Assembly (NCBI GenBank): GCA_046292385.1
Contig: JBKBRF010000002.1
Location: forward strand, 96,001 to 160,000
DNA: 64,000 nt
Direction: 5' to 3'
Origin: Armatimonadota bacterium
GTDB taxonomy: Bacteria > Armatimonadota > SYMT01
Within the stretch, counting starts at the first letter, position 1, and each line of letters starts with the position of its first letter. This document shows, in pieces, positions 8,780-18,025 of this stretch. The position numbers were made by a program, and so were the translations under genes. The notes beneath the pieces are model-generated. The model made no database searches. It saw nothing but the letters and a program-made list of their open reading frames with translations, and was not told where the DNA came from.

Positions 8780-10741
8780 TCAGCGGCCGAGGGCGCGCTT
8801 TCCCGCCTCCAGCAGCTCCAGGATCGCGTCGACGTCGTAGACGCAGCCGCCCCAGGTGCCGCCGCCGGCCTGCTGGAGCGCCGCCCAGAGGCGGGTGTCG
8901 TCCGGCAAGTCGGGGTCCGGGGAGAGGTCTTCGCGCGGGGGCCGCGCCGCCAGCACCCGCGCGCCCTCTTCCGGGGTGAAGCGGCGGTCGCCCTCACCGA
9001 CCAGGTCGAGCGAGCCTTCCAGCCGGTTGCGGTCGACCACGATCCGGACCCGGTCTCCCTCGCGCAGGCGGCCGATCGGTCCGCCCGCCAGCGCCTCCGG
9101 GCCCACGTGGCCGATGCAGGCGCCGGTGGAGACGCCGGAGAAGCGGGCGTCGGTGATCAGCGCCACCTCTTTACCGAACGGCAGGTGCTTCAGCGCGGAG
9201 GTGAGCTGGTAGGTCTCCTCCATGCCGCTGCCGAGCGGGCCGCGGCAGATCAACACGAGGATGTCGCCCGGCCGGATCTCCCCCGCCTTCACCGCGGCGA
9301 TGGCGGCGGCTTCCCGCGTGAAGACCCGGGCAGGCCCTTCTTTGCGGTAGACGCCGTCCGCGTCGACCACCGACGGGTCGATGGCGGTGCTCTTGATCAC
9401 GGAGCCTTCCGGCGCGAGGTTTCCGAGCGGGAAGGTGACCGTGCTGGTGAGGCCGCGCTCGCGGGCCACGTCCGGCGCCATGATCACGTCGTCCGGGTGC
9501 ACCCCGTCCTTCTCCAGCAGCACCTGCCGCAGCCGCGCGCGCCGCTCGGAGGTCTCCCACCAGTCGAGCAGGTCGCCCAGGCGCTGACCGGCCACGGTGA
9601 TCGCCTCCAGTTCGAGCAGGCCCATCCGCCGCAGGTGCAGCATCACCTCCGGCACCCCACCCGCCAGGAAGAAGCGGACGGTCGGGTGGCCGCTCGGGCC
9701 GTTCGGGAGGACGTCGACCAGCCGCGGCACCTGCCGGTTGATCTCGGACCACTCCGCGACCGTCGGCCGGGGCAGCCCGGCGGCGTGCGCCACCGCCGGC
9801 AGGTGGAGCAGCAGGTTGGTGGAGCCGCCGACCGCCGCGTGGACCACCATCGCGTTCCGGATCGCGCCCGGCGTCAGGAGGTCGCGCGTGCGGAGGCCCT
9901 TCGCCTCCAGCTCGGTCAGCGCCTGCGCGGAGCGGACCGCCGCGTCGACCCAGATCGGCTGTCCGGACGGCGAGAGGGCGGCGTGCGGCAGCGTCATGCC
10001 GAGCGCTTCCGCCACCACCTGGGCGGTCGCCGCCGTGCCGAGGAACTGGCAGCCACCGCCCGGGGTGGCGCAGGCGCGGCAGCCGAGCTCCGCCGCTTCC
10101 TCCAGCGAGAGGACGCCGTGCGCGTAGCGCGCGCCGATCGTCTGCACCTTCCCCGCGTCCTCACCCCGCTCCGGCGGGAGCGTCACACCGCCGGGGACCA
10201 GGATCGTCGGGAGGTCGTGCATCGCGGCGAGCGCGATCATCATCGCCGGCAGACCCTTGTCGCAGGTCGCCACCCCCATCACGCCGGCGCGGGTCGGCAG
10301 CGAGCGGATCAACCGGCGGAAGACCATCGCGGCGTCGTTCCGGTAGGCGAGGCTGTCGAACATCCCGGTGGTGCCCTGGGAGCGGCCGTCGCACGGGTCG
10401 GAGACGAAGCCGGCGAACGGGATCGTCCCCCGCCGCCGCAGCTCGTGCGCCGCCGCCTGCACCAGCAGCCCGATCTCCCAGTGGCCGGTGTGGTAGCCGA
10501 GCGCGATCGGGCGGCCGTCCGGCGCGCGGATGCCGCCCAGGGTACTCAGGAGCAGGTACTGCTTCCGGTCCAGCTCCGACGGCTCCCAGCCCATTCCCGC
10601 GTTCTGGGTCAGGCCGAAGATGTCCCCGCTGGGACGCTGGATCAACATCTCGCCGGTGAGCGGCAGCTTACCCTGCGGTCCGGGGGCGCAGGTCTGGACG
10701 TCGAAGAGCTCCGGACTGGTACTGGTGAGGAGGTCTGACAT
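8780..10741 (-). CDS. YjhG/YagF-family D-xylonate dehydratase (IlvD/Edd family)
   Basis: [50 protein letters not shown]; start at ATG 10741 (the track's extension lies in a repeat). Confidence 0.88.
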   Translation of the reverse strand: MSDLLTSTSPELFDVQTCAPGPQGKLPLTGEMLIQRPSGDIFGLTQNAGMGWEPSELDRKQYLLLSTLGGIRAPDGRPIALGYHTGHWEIGLLVQAAAHELRRRGTIPFAGFVSDPCDGRSQGTTGMFDSLAYRNDAAMVFRRLIRSLPTRAGVMGVATCDKGLPAMMIALAAMHDLPTILVPGGVTLPPERGEDAGKVQTIGARYAHGVLSLEEAAELGCRACATPGGGCQFLGTAATAQVVAEALGMTLPHAALSPSGQPIWVDAAVRSAQALTELEAKGLRTRDLLTPGAIRNAMVVHAAVGGSTNLLLHLPAVAHAAGLPRPTVAEWSEINRQVPRLVDVLPNGPSGHPTVRFFLAGGVPEVMLHLRRMGLLELEAITVAGQRLGDLLDWWETSERRARLRQVLLEKDGVHPDDVIMAPDVARERGLTSTVTFPLGNLAPEGSVIKSTAIDPSVVDADGVYRKEGPARVFTREAAAIAAVKAGEIRPGDILVLICRGPLGSGMEETYQLTSALKHLPFGKEVALITDARFSGVSTGACIGHVGPEALAGGPIGRLREGDRVRIVVDRNRLEGSLDLVGEGDRRFTPEEGARVLAARPPREDLSPDPDLPDDTRLWAALQQAGGGTWGGCVYDVDAILELLEAGKRALGR

Positions 10742-10775
10742 GTCGAAGCTAGTGGTGGGTCCGGGTACTTCTGGT

Positions 10776-10868
10776 GAGTGGGAGTGGGAGCAAGGGAGAG
10801 TGGGGGAATGGGAGAGCCATTCCCGAGAGCAGCTTCTTATGCTCGCCCTCTCCCCCACTCTCCCTTGC
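10776..10868. repeat. Palindromic GGGAGAGT-type intergenic repeat
   Basis: gcaagggagagtggggga ... tcccccactctcccttgc inverted arms; relatives at 17931-18023, 49307-49523, 61944-61975. Confidence 0.7.
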
Positions 10869-10902
10869 CAAGTTCACCCAGCAATCGCGGACTGACAGAG
10901 TT

Positions 10903-11712
10903 CTAATAACGGAGGACTTCCTGGCCCGCCTGGTTGGGGGCGGCGCCGCGCTCGGTGCGGCTCAGCTCCGCCTGGGCGCCGGCGACGAGGAAGCGCGCGT
11001 CCGAGGCGACCGCCATGAAGCGGAAGCCCTGGGCGACGCGGCGGTTGCACGCCTCGTGGTTGGCGGTGTGGATGCCCGCGGCGACGCCGCAGCGGGCGGC
11101 AGTGTCGACGATGTGCTGGAGCGCGTGGACGAACTCCGGGTCGTCGGTCTCCATCTTCGGAGTGCGGCCCATCTGGCAGAGGAGGTCGTTCGGCCCGATG
11201 AAGCAGGCGTCGACTCCCGGCACGCTCAGGATCTCCGCCGCGTTGCTGACTCCCTGGGGGCTCTCCGCCTGGACCACCACCAGCACCTCGTCGTTGGCGC
11301 GGGAGTAGTAGGTCGCCGGATCGGTCCCGAAATTGAGCGCGTGGAGCGCCCCGCCGACGCTGCGCATCCCCAGCGGCGGGTACTTCGCCGCGCGGACCGC
11401 GGCCTCCGCCTCTTCGCGGGTGTTGACCATCGGCACCACGATGCCGTAGGCGCCGCAGTCGAGCACCCGCTTGATGTTCTCGGCGGTGTTCCACGGGATG
11501 CGCGCCAGCGGCACCACCCCGCTCTGCGCGATGACGGCGAACATCGCGGAGGCGGTCTCCAGGTCGATCGGCTGGTGCTCCATGTCGACGCAGAGGTAGT
11601 CGAACCCGAGCTGCGCCATGAAACGAGCGGAAACGACGGAGGGGATGCCGAGCCAGGAGCCGATGGCCGGCTCCCCCGCGCGGAGGCGCGCTTTGACGCG
11701 GTTCTGGATCAT
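10903..11712 (-). CDS. HpcH/HpaI class II aldolase
   Basis: GFDYLCVDMEH, IKRVLDCGAYGIVVPMV, YPPLGMRS, FIGPNDL. Confidence 0.9.
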   Translation of the reverse strand: MIQNRVKARLRAGEPAIGSWLGIPSVVSARFMAQLGFDYLCVDMEHQPIDLETASAMFAVIAQSGVVPLARIPWNTAENIKRVLDCGAYGIVVPMVNTREEAEAAVRAAKYPPLGMRSVGGALHALNFGTDPATYYSRANDEVLVVVQAESPQGVSNAAEILSVPGVDACFIGPNDLLCQMGRTPKMETDDPEFVHALQHIVDTAARCGVAAGIHTANHEACNRRVAQGFRFMAVASDARFLVAGAQAELSRTERGAAPNQAGQEVLRY

Positions 11713-11748
11713 GGGGTTCTCCGAAAAGCCAGGACCTCCGAGGCGAAG

Positions 11749-11889
11749 GCTCCTACTCCTACTCGTTCTCCCACTCCTACTCAGAGGCCTGCCGAGTTAC
11801 AGGAGCGCCTACGGCGGAGAGTACGCTTCGAGCAAGAGGAGTCCCCGCACCCGAGGTTCGGCTTCTGCCTTTAGCCTTTAGCCTTTAGC
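11749..11889. repeat. Composite repeat of TACTCC hexamers and GCCTTTA heptamers
   Basis: ctcctactcctactcg...ctcctactc, then gcctttagcctttagcctttagc. Confidence 0.65.
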
Positions 11890-12343
11890 TGCCGTCCGCA
11901 GCAAGGTTCGCCAGGTAGCCCTCGCCGATCAGCACCGCAGCATAGTCGTCTACCGGCACCGGCGGCGTGAGGAGCCCGCGGGGGATCAGGCGGCGCCAGC
12001 CTCGGGGCGGGTTCTCCTGGAAGTAGCGCTCCCGGGCGCGGCGGGTGGTGTGCTCCTCCGCCATCACCTCCAGCGGCAGGTCGAGCGCCTGGAGGTCGGC
12101 GCGAACTTTCCGCGGCGCGGTGCCGCTGCCGACCACCAGCAGCTCCGCGCGGTGCTCCGCGGCCCACTTACGGGCGATGGTGCCGATGACGCCGGCGGGG
12201 ACCACGCCCCGGGCCAGGATGCCTTTGCGCGCGTCGACGACGGCGATCCCGCACTTGTCGCGGCCGGGATCGATGGCGAGCACACGGGGAAGGTCGGCGG
12301 GGGCGAGACGGGGATTACTGAGCGAAAGCTGCCGGGCGGCCAA
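11885..12343 (-). CDS. YqgF/RuvX-family nuclease (pre-16S rRNA processing type)
   Basis: VLAIDPGRDKCGIAV, EEHTTRRAR, VDDYAAVLI. Confidence 0.85.
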   Translation of the reverse strand: MAARQLSLSNPRLAPADLPRVLAIDPGRDKCGIAVVDARKGILARGVVPAGVIGTIARKWAAEHRAELLVVGSGTAPRKVRADLQALDLPLEVMAEEHTTRRARERYFQENPPRGWRRLIPRGLLTPPVPVDDYAAVLIGEGYLANLAADGS

Positions 12344-13601
12344 CGGAGCGTACCTCCAGCTCGAAGTGGAGAGGGCCCAACCGGGGGGTGTCCCGCTTGG
12401 CGCGGGCGACGACGGTGACCCGGCCTCCGATCGCCTTGACGCGGTCCGCCATGTCCAGCAGGTGATCCCAGCTCGGCTTGCTGATCACCTCGTCGGACGC
12501 CGGCATGGAGCGGGGCGGCTCGGTCGCCTTGGCCCGCACGCGCGCCTCCACGATGAGAAGCTGCTGCAGGATATCACCCCGGCTGGCGGCTCCGTCCACT
12601 TCTCGCCGCGTAATCTCTTCTCCGCGGAGGAAGACGAGGTCGTTGGCGTAGAGATGCACCACCGCGGGAATCGGCCGCCCCGCCACGCAGTTCTCCTGCG
12701 CCAGCACCAGCACCCGCAGCGGGCGGTCGCGCAGCTCCGGGCGCTGTGCCTGCTGCAGCAGCCACTGGCGGATCGGCTCCATGGCGGGCGACGAAGCGAT
12801 GCGGCCGTCGCCGGAGGCGAGCTCCACCACCGGCGGCTGCTCGCGGAGCTGGGCGCCCTGACGGCTGGCTTCCTCCCGGAACTTCTCCTGCACGTCCGCC
12901 ACCAGCGCCCCCAGCAGGCCGGCCAGCACCTCCGCGGGCGGATTGGCGGGCACCGGCCGGAAGCAGATCTGCTGGTCCCTGCGGAAGATATAGCTCCCCG
13001 CCCGGTACTGGTCGCTGATCTCGCGGAGACCGGCGACCTGCGTTCTCAGCCCCTTCAACTTCCTCGAGAGCTGGTTCTGATGCGCCAGCAGCCGGCGGTT
13101 CCCGCGCTCCAGCCCCTCGTTGGCGGCACGGAGGCTGCCGTTCTCTCCGGAGAGCTGCCGGTTCTGCGCGGTGAGCTTCTGGTTGGCGCCGCTCAGGCGG
13201 GAGTTGTCCTTCTCCAGGCGGGAGTTGGCGGACTCCAGGCCGGCGTTCGCGCTCTGCAGACGCGTGTTTTCCGCCGCCGCCGCCTGGTTTTCCCGGATCA
13301 GCGCCGCGTTGTCGTTCCGCCGCCGGGTATTGTCCTTCTCCAGCTCCCGGTTCTCCGCCTGCAGCGACTCTCCGCGCGTCACCGCTTCCCGGAACCAGGG
13401 GACGGTCACCAGCGCCGCCCCGAACGTGACCCCGGCGATCAGCACGCCGGTGACGATCGTGAGGACGATGGCGGTGTGCTTGGGCCGCAGCCCGAACAGG
13501 CTGAGGCGCTTCTTGCCCAACCGGCGGCCGAGGAGGTCGCCGATGTAGGCAATGAAGCCGCAGAGCGCCAGGAGCAGAAGGATGAGTAACGCGGTGCCCA
13601 T
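12315..13601 (-). CDS. DUF3084-family membrane-anchored coiled-coil protein
   Basis: GFIAYIGDLLGRRLGKKRLSLFGLRPKHTA signature, two TM helices, then a heptad coiled coil. Confidence 0.85.
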   Translation of the reverse strand: MGTALLILLLLALCGFIAYIGDLLGRRLGKKRLSLFGLRPKHTAIVLTIVTGVLIAGVTFGAALVTVPWFREAVTRGESLQAENRELEKDNTRRRNDNAALIRENQAAAAENTRLQSANAGLESANSRLEKDNSRLSGANQKLTAQNRQLSGENGSLRAANEGLERGNRRLLAHQNQLSRKLKGLRTQVAGLREISDQYRAGSYIFRRDQQICFRPVPANPPAEVLAGLLGALVADVQEKFREEASRQGAQLREQPPVVELASGDGRIASSPAMEPIRQWLLQQAQRPELRDRPLRVLVLAQENCVAGRPIPAVVHLYANDLVFLRGEEITRREVDGAASRGDILQQLLIVEARVRAKATEPPRSMPASDEVISKPSWDHLLDMADRVKAIGGRVTVVARAKRDTPRLGPLHFELEVRSVGRPAAFAQ

Positions 13602-13777
13602 GGGAAACCCGGGAACTGCCCGCTGCGAAGGCGAACGGAGTCTCCCTCTCTCTCATGACGAGCGAACGGCCGCTCGGGTTGCGACCGGTCCGCCGCACGG
13701 GCGCGGGGCGAGCGCGGGAGGGGAGATGGAGTAAGTATACTCCTGCCTACGAGCGGGAGGCGGGGCGGCGTTCCGCT

Positions 13778-14150
13778 CGTATTCCGTATCGCGTATTGCG
13801 TAGCGGAGTGCTTACTCCGCTTTACGAAGCATCCTGCCGGGCGTGGCGCTGGCGGCCGGTGTTGGCAATCGTGGGCCGTACTGCCGCCCGGGAGCAGTCA
13901 TTCTGACCGCAGGGAAGAATCTCGGCAGCCGTCTCGGCATGGATTACGCATGCCGTGACGAGGAGCCGGAAAGCGCTGGCGGCTACTTCTTTCGCGGCCT
14001 CACCCCCGGCCCCTCTCCTGAGAGGCGAGGGGAGCTATGGGTGTAAGGCAGGCTGACTCCCCCTTCCATACCTTCCCGGTCCGGCAGCGCCCCGCCCGGC
14101 AGGATTTCCCGACACGAGGGATCAGCCCCTCGCTACGCAATACGCAATAC
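13778..14150. repeat. Nested palindromic composite intergenic element
   Basis: Outer arms cgtattgcgtagcg (13792-13805) / cgctacgcaatacg (14131-14144); inner ~30-bp imperfect arms at 13831-13859 / 14076-14105; REP-like modules inside. Confidence 0.65.
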
Positions 14151-14440
14151 TACGGAAGCTCTTCCACGTCCTGGCAGAGCATCGTAATGCCCGGCTTCAG
14201 GCGGTAGCTGTTCTGCAGGCGGCGGACGGCGCGGTGGATCCGCGGCACCTCTTCGTCCGGGAGCGAGATCAGGGCGATGTGGTTGGTGCCGGGGAAGACG
14301 GGGCTGTTCATCTTGGGGCCCCGCCCGCCCCGGCCGGGCACGTCCCGGATCCAGGTGACGCCGGGCACCTCGAGTGCCCGGAGCAGCTCGTCGAGCGACT
14401 CTTCGATGCCGCTGTCGTAGATGATGGTGAGCAGCTTCAT
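14150..14440 (-). CDS. Small PII-like (GlnB-fold) transporter-associated protein
   Basis: 96 aa MKLLTIIYDSGIEE...VPGRGGRGPKMNSPVFPGTN...; ATGA overlap with the RND permease stop. Confidence 0.75.
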   Translation of the reverse strand: MKLLTIIYDSGIEESLDELLRALEVPGVTWIRDVPGRGGRGPKMNSPVFPGTNHIALISLPDEEVPRIHRAVRRLQNSYRLKPGITMLCQDVEELP

Positions 14441-17400
14441 TCCGCGCCTGCCGGTTCCGGAGCCTCGATCGGAGCGGCGGGGGCCGGCTCCGCCAGCGCC
14501 TGCTCCACCAGGGCGCTGCGGCGGCCCTTCTTCAGCAGCCGCGCCACCCACGCCTGCACGTCGTCGAAGACGCTGTAAATGCAGGGGATGATGATGAGCG
14601 AGAGGATCGTCGACATGATGAGGCCGCCGATTACCGCCGTTGCCAGCGGGGCGCGCGCCTCGTTGCCGCGGCCGACCGCCAGCGCGATCGGCAGCATGCC
14701 GAAGATCATGGCCAGCGTCGTCATCAGGATCGGGCGCAGGCGGGTCTGGCCCGCCTCAACGATCGCCGCGTCTCGCTTGTAGCCGCGCTCCCGCAGCGTG
14801 TTGGAGTAGTCGATCAGCAGGATCGCGTTCTTCTGCACGATACCGGCAAGCATGATGAAGCCGGTCACCGAGATGATGGAGAGCTGCTGGTCCATATAGA
14901 CCAGCGCCATCACGGCGCCGATCACCGCCATCGGCAGCGAGAGCTGGATGGTAAGCGGGTGGATCAGGTTGTCGAACAGCAGCGCCATCAGGAGGTAGAC
15001 GAGCACGCAGGAGAGCAGCAGCGAGAGGATCAGGTGCGGGTACTCCGTGCGGGCGCGGTCGGCGTCACCGCCGGCGGAGACTTTGATGTCGCCCAGCGGC
15101 ATCTTGCTGATCTCCGCCTCGATGGCGCGGTTGATCTCCAGCGGGACGATACCGGGCAGCACGTAGGCGCTCACCGTCGCCTTGCGGAGGCGGTTCTTGC
15201 GCTCGATCTTATTCGGGCCCTCACCCATGCGGATGTCGGCCACCTGGCTCAGCCGGATCGCCTGCGGCCCGTGGTCGGTCATCACTCGCCCGACCACCAC
15301 CGCGCCGACCTCGTCGATGCGGGAGCGGTCGAACTCGGCGAACTGCACGCGGATGTCGAACTGCTCCCCCGCCTCGCGGAACTTGGCGTCGATGTTCCCC
15401 TCGTAGGCGCTGCGCAGCGCGGTGCCGATCTGCGTGACGTCGAGCCCCAGCTCGGAGGCCTTCTCCCGGTCGACCGTCACCTGCGCTTCCGGCTTCCCGG
15501 GGCGGAGGGAGAGGTCCGGGTTGATGACGCCCGGCATCGCCGCCAGGCGGTCGCGGATCTGCTCCGAGACCCCCTTCATCTGGTCCAGGTCGAAGCCGAG
15601 GAGCTCCACCTGCACCGGCGCGGAGATGCCGCCGAAGCCGCGGACCGGCACGATCACCAGCTTTCCGCCCGCGATGCCGCCGATCTTCTCCCGGATCTCC
15701 GCGGCGATGTCGGAGTCGGCCCGCTGGCGCCAGTCCATGATCCGCTTGTGCTCCTCGGTGAACGGGTTGATCGTCTCGAGGAGGTCCGGCTTCTCATAGA
15801 GCTGGATGGAGAGCTGCGCGTACTGGCGCCCCGTCTCCGGCGCGCCGCGCGAGCCGCCCTGGATCCGGCCCACGGTGGTGAAGACCGCGGCGACTTCCGG
15901 GGTATCGGCCACCACCTCTTCCACCTGCTTGGTGATGCGGTCGGTCTCCTCCAGGCTGGCGCCGGCCGGGAGCTCCAGCGTGAGTCCCAGCTTGCTCTGG
16001 TCGTAGACCGGGATGTAGCCGATCTTCATGTGCGGCCCGATCGTCTGCATCGTGAAGACGAAGAAGAGCGCCCCCAGGGCGAAGATCGCCATCCGGCCGG
16101 CGGTCTGCCACCATCCCGCCAGGATGAAGGCGGCCAGCGCGGCGACGCAGATCAGCAGCGTGCCGAACCAGCCCCAGCTGGTGCTGTCCGCCGGCAGCCC
16201 GCCGCGGAGCATCCAGAGCACGGTGCCCGCCAGCACCGCCACGGCGAACCAGCGGGGGGTGTTGAGCGCCCGCTCCAGGACCCGCCGGTAGCCTCGCTCG
16301 ACCCAGTTGAACATCCGCTCCAGCAGCAGGAAGCCGCCGGTCTTGTGCTCCAGGTTCTCGCCGAGCTTGTACCAGCGGGAAGCGAGCCACGGCGTGACGG
16401 TGAAGGAGACGAGGAGGGAGAAGAGGGTCGCCACCGCGACGGTGAGGCCGAACGCCCGCAGGAACTGGCCGATGATGCCGCCCATCCAGAGCATCGGCAG
16501 GAAGACGACCACGTCGACCAGCGTGATGATCACCGCCGCGTGGCCGATCTCACCGCGTCCGTTCAGCGCCGCTTCGGTGGGGGTCTCGCCCTTGTGGAGG
16601 TGCCGGTAGATGTTCTCCAGCACCACGATCGAGTCGTCGACCAGGATGCCGACCACCAGCGAGAGGCCGAGCATCGTCATGCTGTTCAGCGACTGCCCCA
16701 GGAAATACATGGGGATGAACGCCGCGATCAGCGAGAGCGGGATCGCCACCGCGCAGATCAGGGTGCCGCGCAGGTTGTGGAGGAAGAGGAAGACCACCCC
16801 GACCGCCAGGAGCGCGCCGAGGATGAGACTGACGTTGATGTCTTCCAGCGCGTAGCGGACCCGGAGCGACTCATCCTGCGTCACCTGGAAGCGGATGTTC
16901 CCCGGCATCTCCTGCTCGATCCGGGCCAGCTCCTTGTGGATGTTGTCGACCACCTCCACCGTGTTGGCGTCGGAGAGCTTGGAGATGGTGAGACCGACGG
17001 TGTCGGCGCCGACCATCTCTTCACCCGGGTGGTCGCGCATCCAGACGCGGGTAACGGTTTGCCGCTCCGCTACCCCGTCTTCCACCGTCGCCACGTCGCG
17101 CAGCTTCAGCCGCACGGCGCCGGCGCCGCTGGAGACCGGCAGGTCGAGATCGCGGATCTGGTCGACGCTCTGGAACTCCCCGATCAGGCGCGCGTCGAAG
17201 TCACGCGAGCCTTCCGTCACGTGGCCGCTCGGGATGTTCGCGTTCGCGCGGTAGACGGCGCTGACCACGTCGTTGATCGACATGTTCCACGCCTCGAGCC
17301 GCCGCTTGTTCACGGCGATCCGGATCTCCCGCACGTCGCCGCCGGTCACCTCCACCTGTCCCACGCCCGGCACCTGCGCCAGGCGGTAGCGGATCTGGGT

Positions 17401-17871
17401 GTCGGCCAGGAAGCGGAGCTGCTTGCTGCTGCGGTCGCCCTTCATCCCCAGGTAGAGCACCGGGGAGGCGTTGACGTCGAGGCGGTCGACCACCGGCGGA
17501 TCGATGTCGCGCGGGAGCTTCCGCCGCACGCCCTCCACCTTCTGCCGCACTTCCTGCGCCGCCAGCTGGGAGTTGGTCCCGATGTAGAACTCGAGCTGGA
17601 CGAACGCGATCCCGTACTGGGAGCTGGAGGTGATGTTACGGATGCCGTTGACGGAGCTGACCGCGTCCTCGATCGGCTTGGTGATCAGCGTCTCCATCTC
17701 CGCCGGACCGGTGCCGGGGTAGGTGGTGGTCACCGTGACGTACGGAATGTCGACGCGCGGCCGCTCCTCCACCTGCATCTTGGACCGGGAGAAGAGGCCC
17801 AGGATCAGGAGGGTGGCCATCAGCACGATCACGAAGACCGGCCGCTGGATCGAGAGGCGTGTCAGCCACAT
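14437..17871 (-). CDS. AcrB/AcrD/AcrF-family RND permease
   Basis: 1144 aa; LSIQRPV start, GILVDDSIVVLENI, GIVQKNAILLID, RLRPILMTT. Confidence 0.93.
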   Translation of the reverse strand: MWLTRLSIQRPVFVIVLMATLLILGLFSRSKMQVEERPRVDIPYVTVTTTYPGTGPAEMETLITKPIEDAVSSVNGIRNITSSSQYGIAFVQLEFYIGTNSQLAAQEVRQKVEGVRRKLPRDIDPPVVDRLDVNASPVLYLGMKGDRSSKQLRFLADTQIRYRLAQVPGVGQVEVTGGDVREIRIAVNKRRLEAWNMSINDVVSAVYRANANIPSGHVTEGSRDFDARLIGEFQSVDQIRDLDLPVSSGAGAVRLKLRDVATVEDGVAERQTVTRVWMRDHPGEEMVGADTVGLTISKLSDANTVEVVDNIHKELARIEQEMPGNIRFQVTQDESLRVRYALEDINVSLILGALLAVGVVFLFLHNLRGTLICAVAIPLSLIAAFIPMYFLGQSLNSMTMLGLSLVVGILVDDSIVVLENIYRHLHKGETPTEAALNGRGEIGHAAVIITLVDVVVFLPMLWMGGIIGQFLRAFGLTVAVATLFSLLVSFTVTPWLASRWYKLGENLEHKTGGFLLLERMFNWVERGYRRVLERALNTPRWFAVAVLAGTVLWMLRGGLPADSTSWGWFGTLLICVAALAAFILAGWWQTAGRMAIFALGALFFVFTMQTIGPHMKIGYIPVYDQSKLGLTLELPAGASLEETDRITKQVEEVVADTPEVAAVFTTVGRIQGGSRGAPETGRQYAQLSIQLYEKPDLLETINPFTEEHKRIMDWRQRADSDIAAEIREKIGGIAGGKLVIVPVRGFGGISAPVQVELLGFDLDQMKGVSEQIRDRLAAMPGVINPDLSLRPGKPEAQVTVDREKASELGLDVTQIGTALRSAYEGNIDAKFREAGEQFDIRVQFAEFDRSRIDEVGAVVVGRVMTDHGPQAIRLSQVADIRMGEGPNKIERKNRLRKATVSAYVLPGIVPLEINRAIEAEISKMPLGDIKVSAGGDADRARTEYPHLILSLLLSCVLVYLLMALLFDNLIHPLTIQLSLPMAVIGAVMALVYMDQQLSIISVTGFIMLAGIVQKNAILLIDYSNTLRERGYKRDAAIVEAGQTRLRPILMTTLAMIFGMLPIALAVGRGNEARAPLATAVIGGLIMSTILSLIIIPCIYSVFDDVQAWVARLLKKGRRSALVEQALAEPAPAAPIEAPEPAGAE

Positions 17872-17930
17872 AAAACCAGGCTCCCGCAGCCGCCGCGCGG
17901 CGCCGTCATGGGGGGAGAAGCTTTGAAGAA

Positions 17931-18023
17931 GAGAATGGGAGAGTGGGCGAATGGGAGAGTGGGTGAAGCGCTCCGCGGGAGCCGTCTCCCATTCTCAAGC
18001 TCTCCCACTCCCCCACTCAGTCT
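17931..18023. repeat. Palindromic GGGAGAGT-type repeat inside the RND operon
   Basis: gagaatgggagagtggg...tctcccattctc...ctcccactcccccactcagtc. Confidence 0.7.
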
Positions 18024-18025
18024 TT

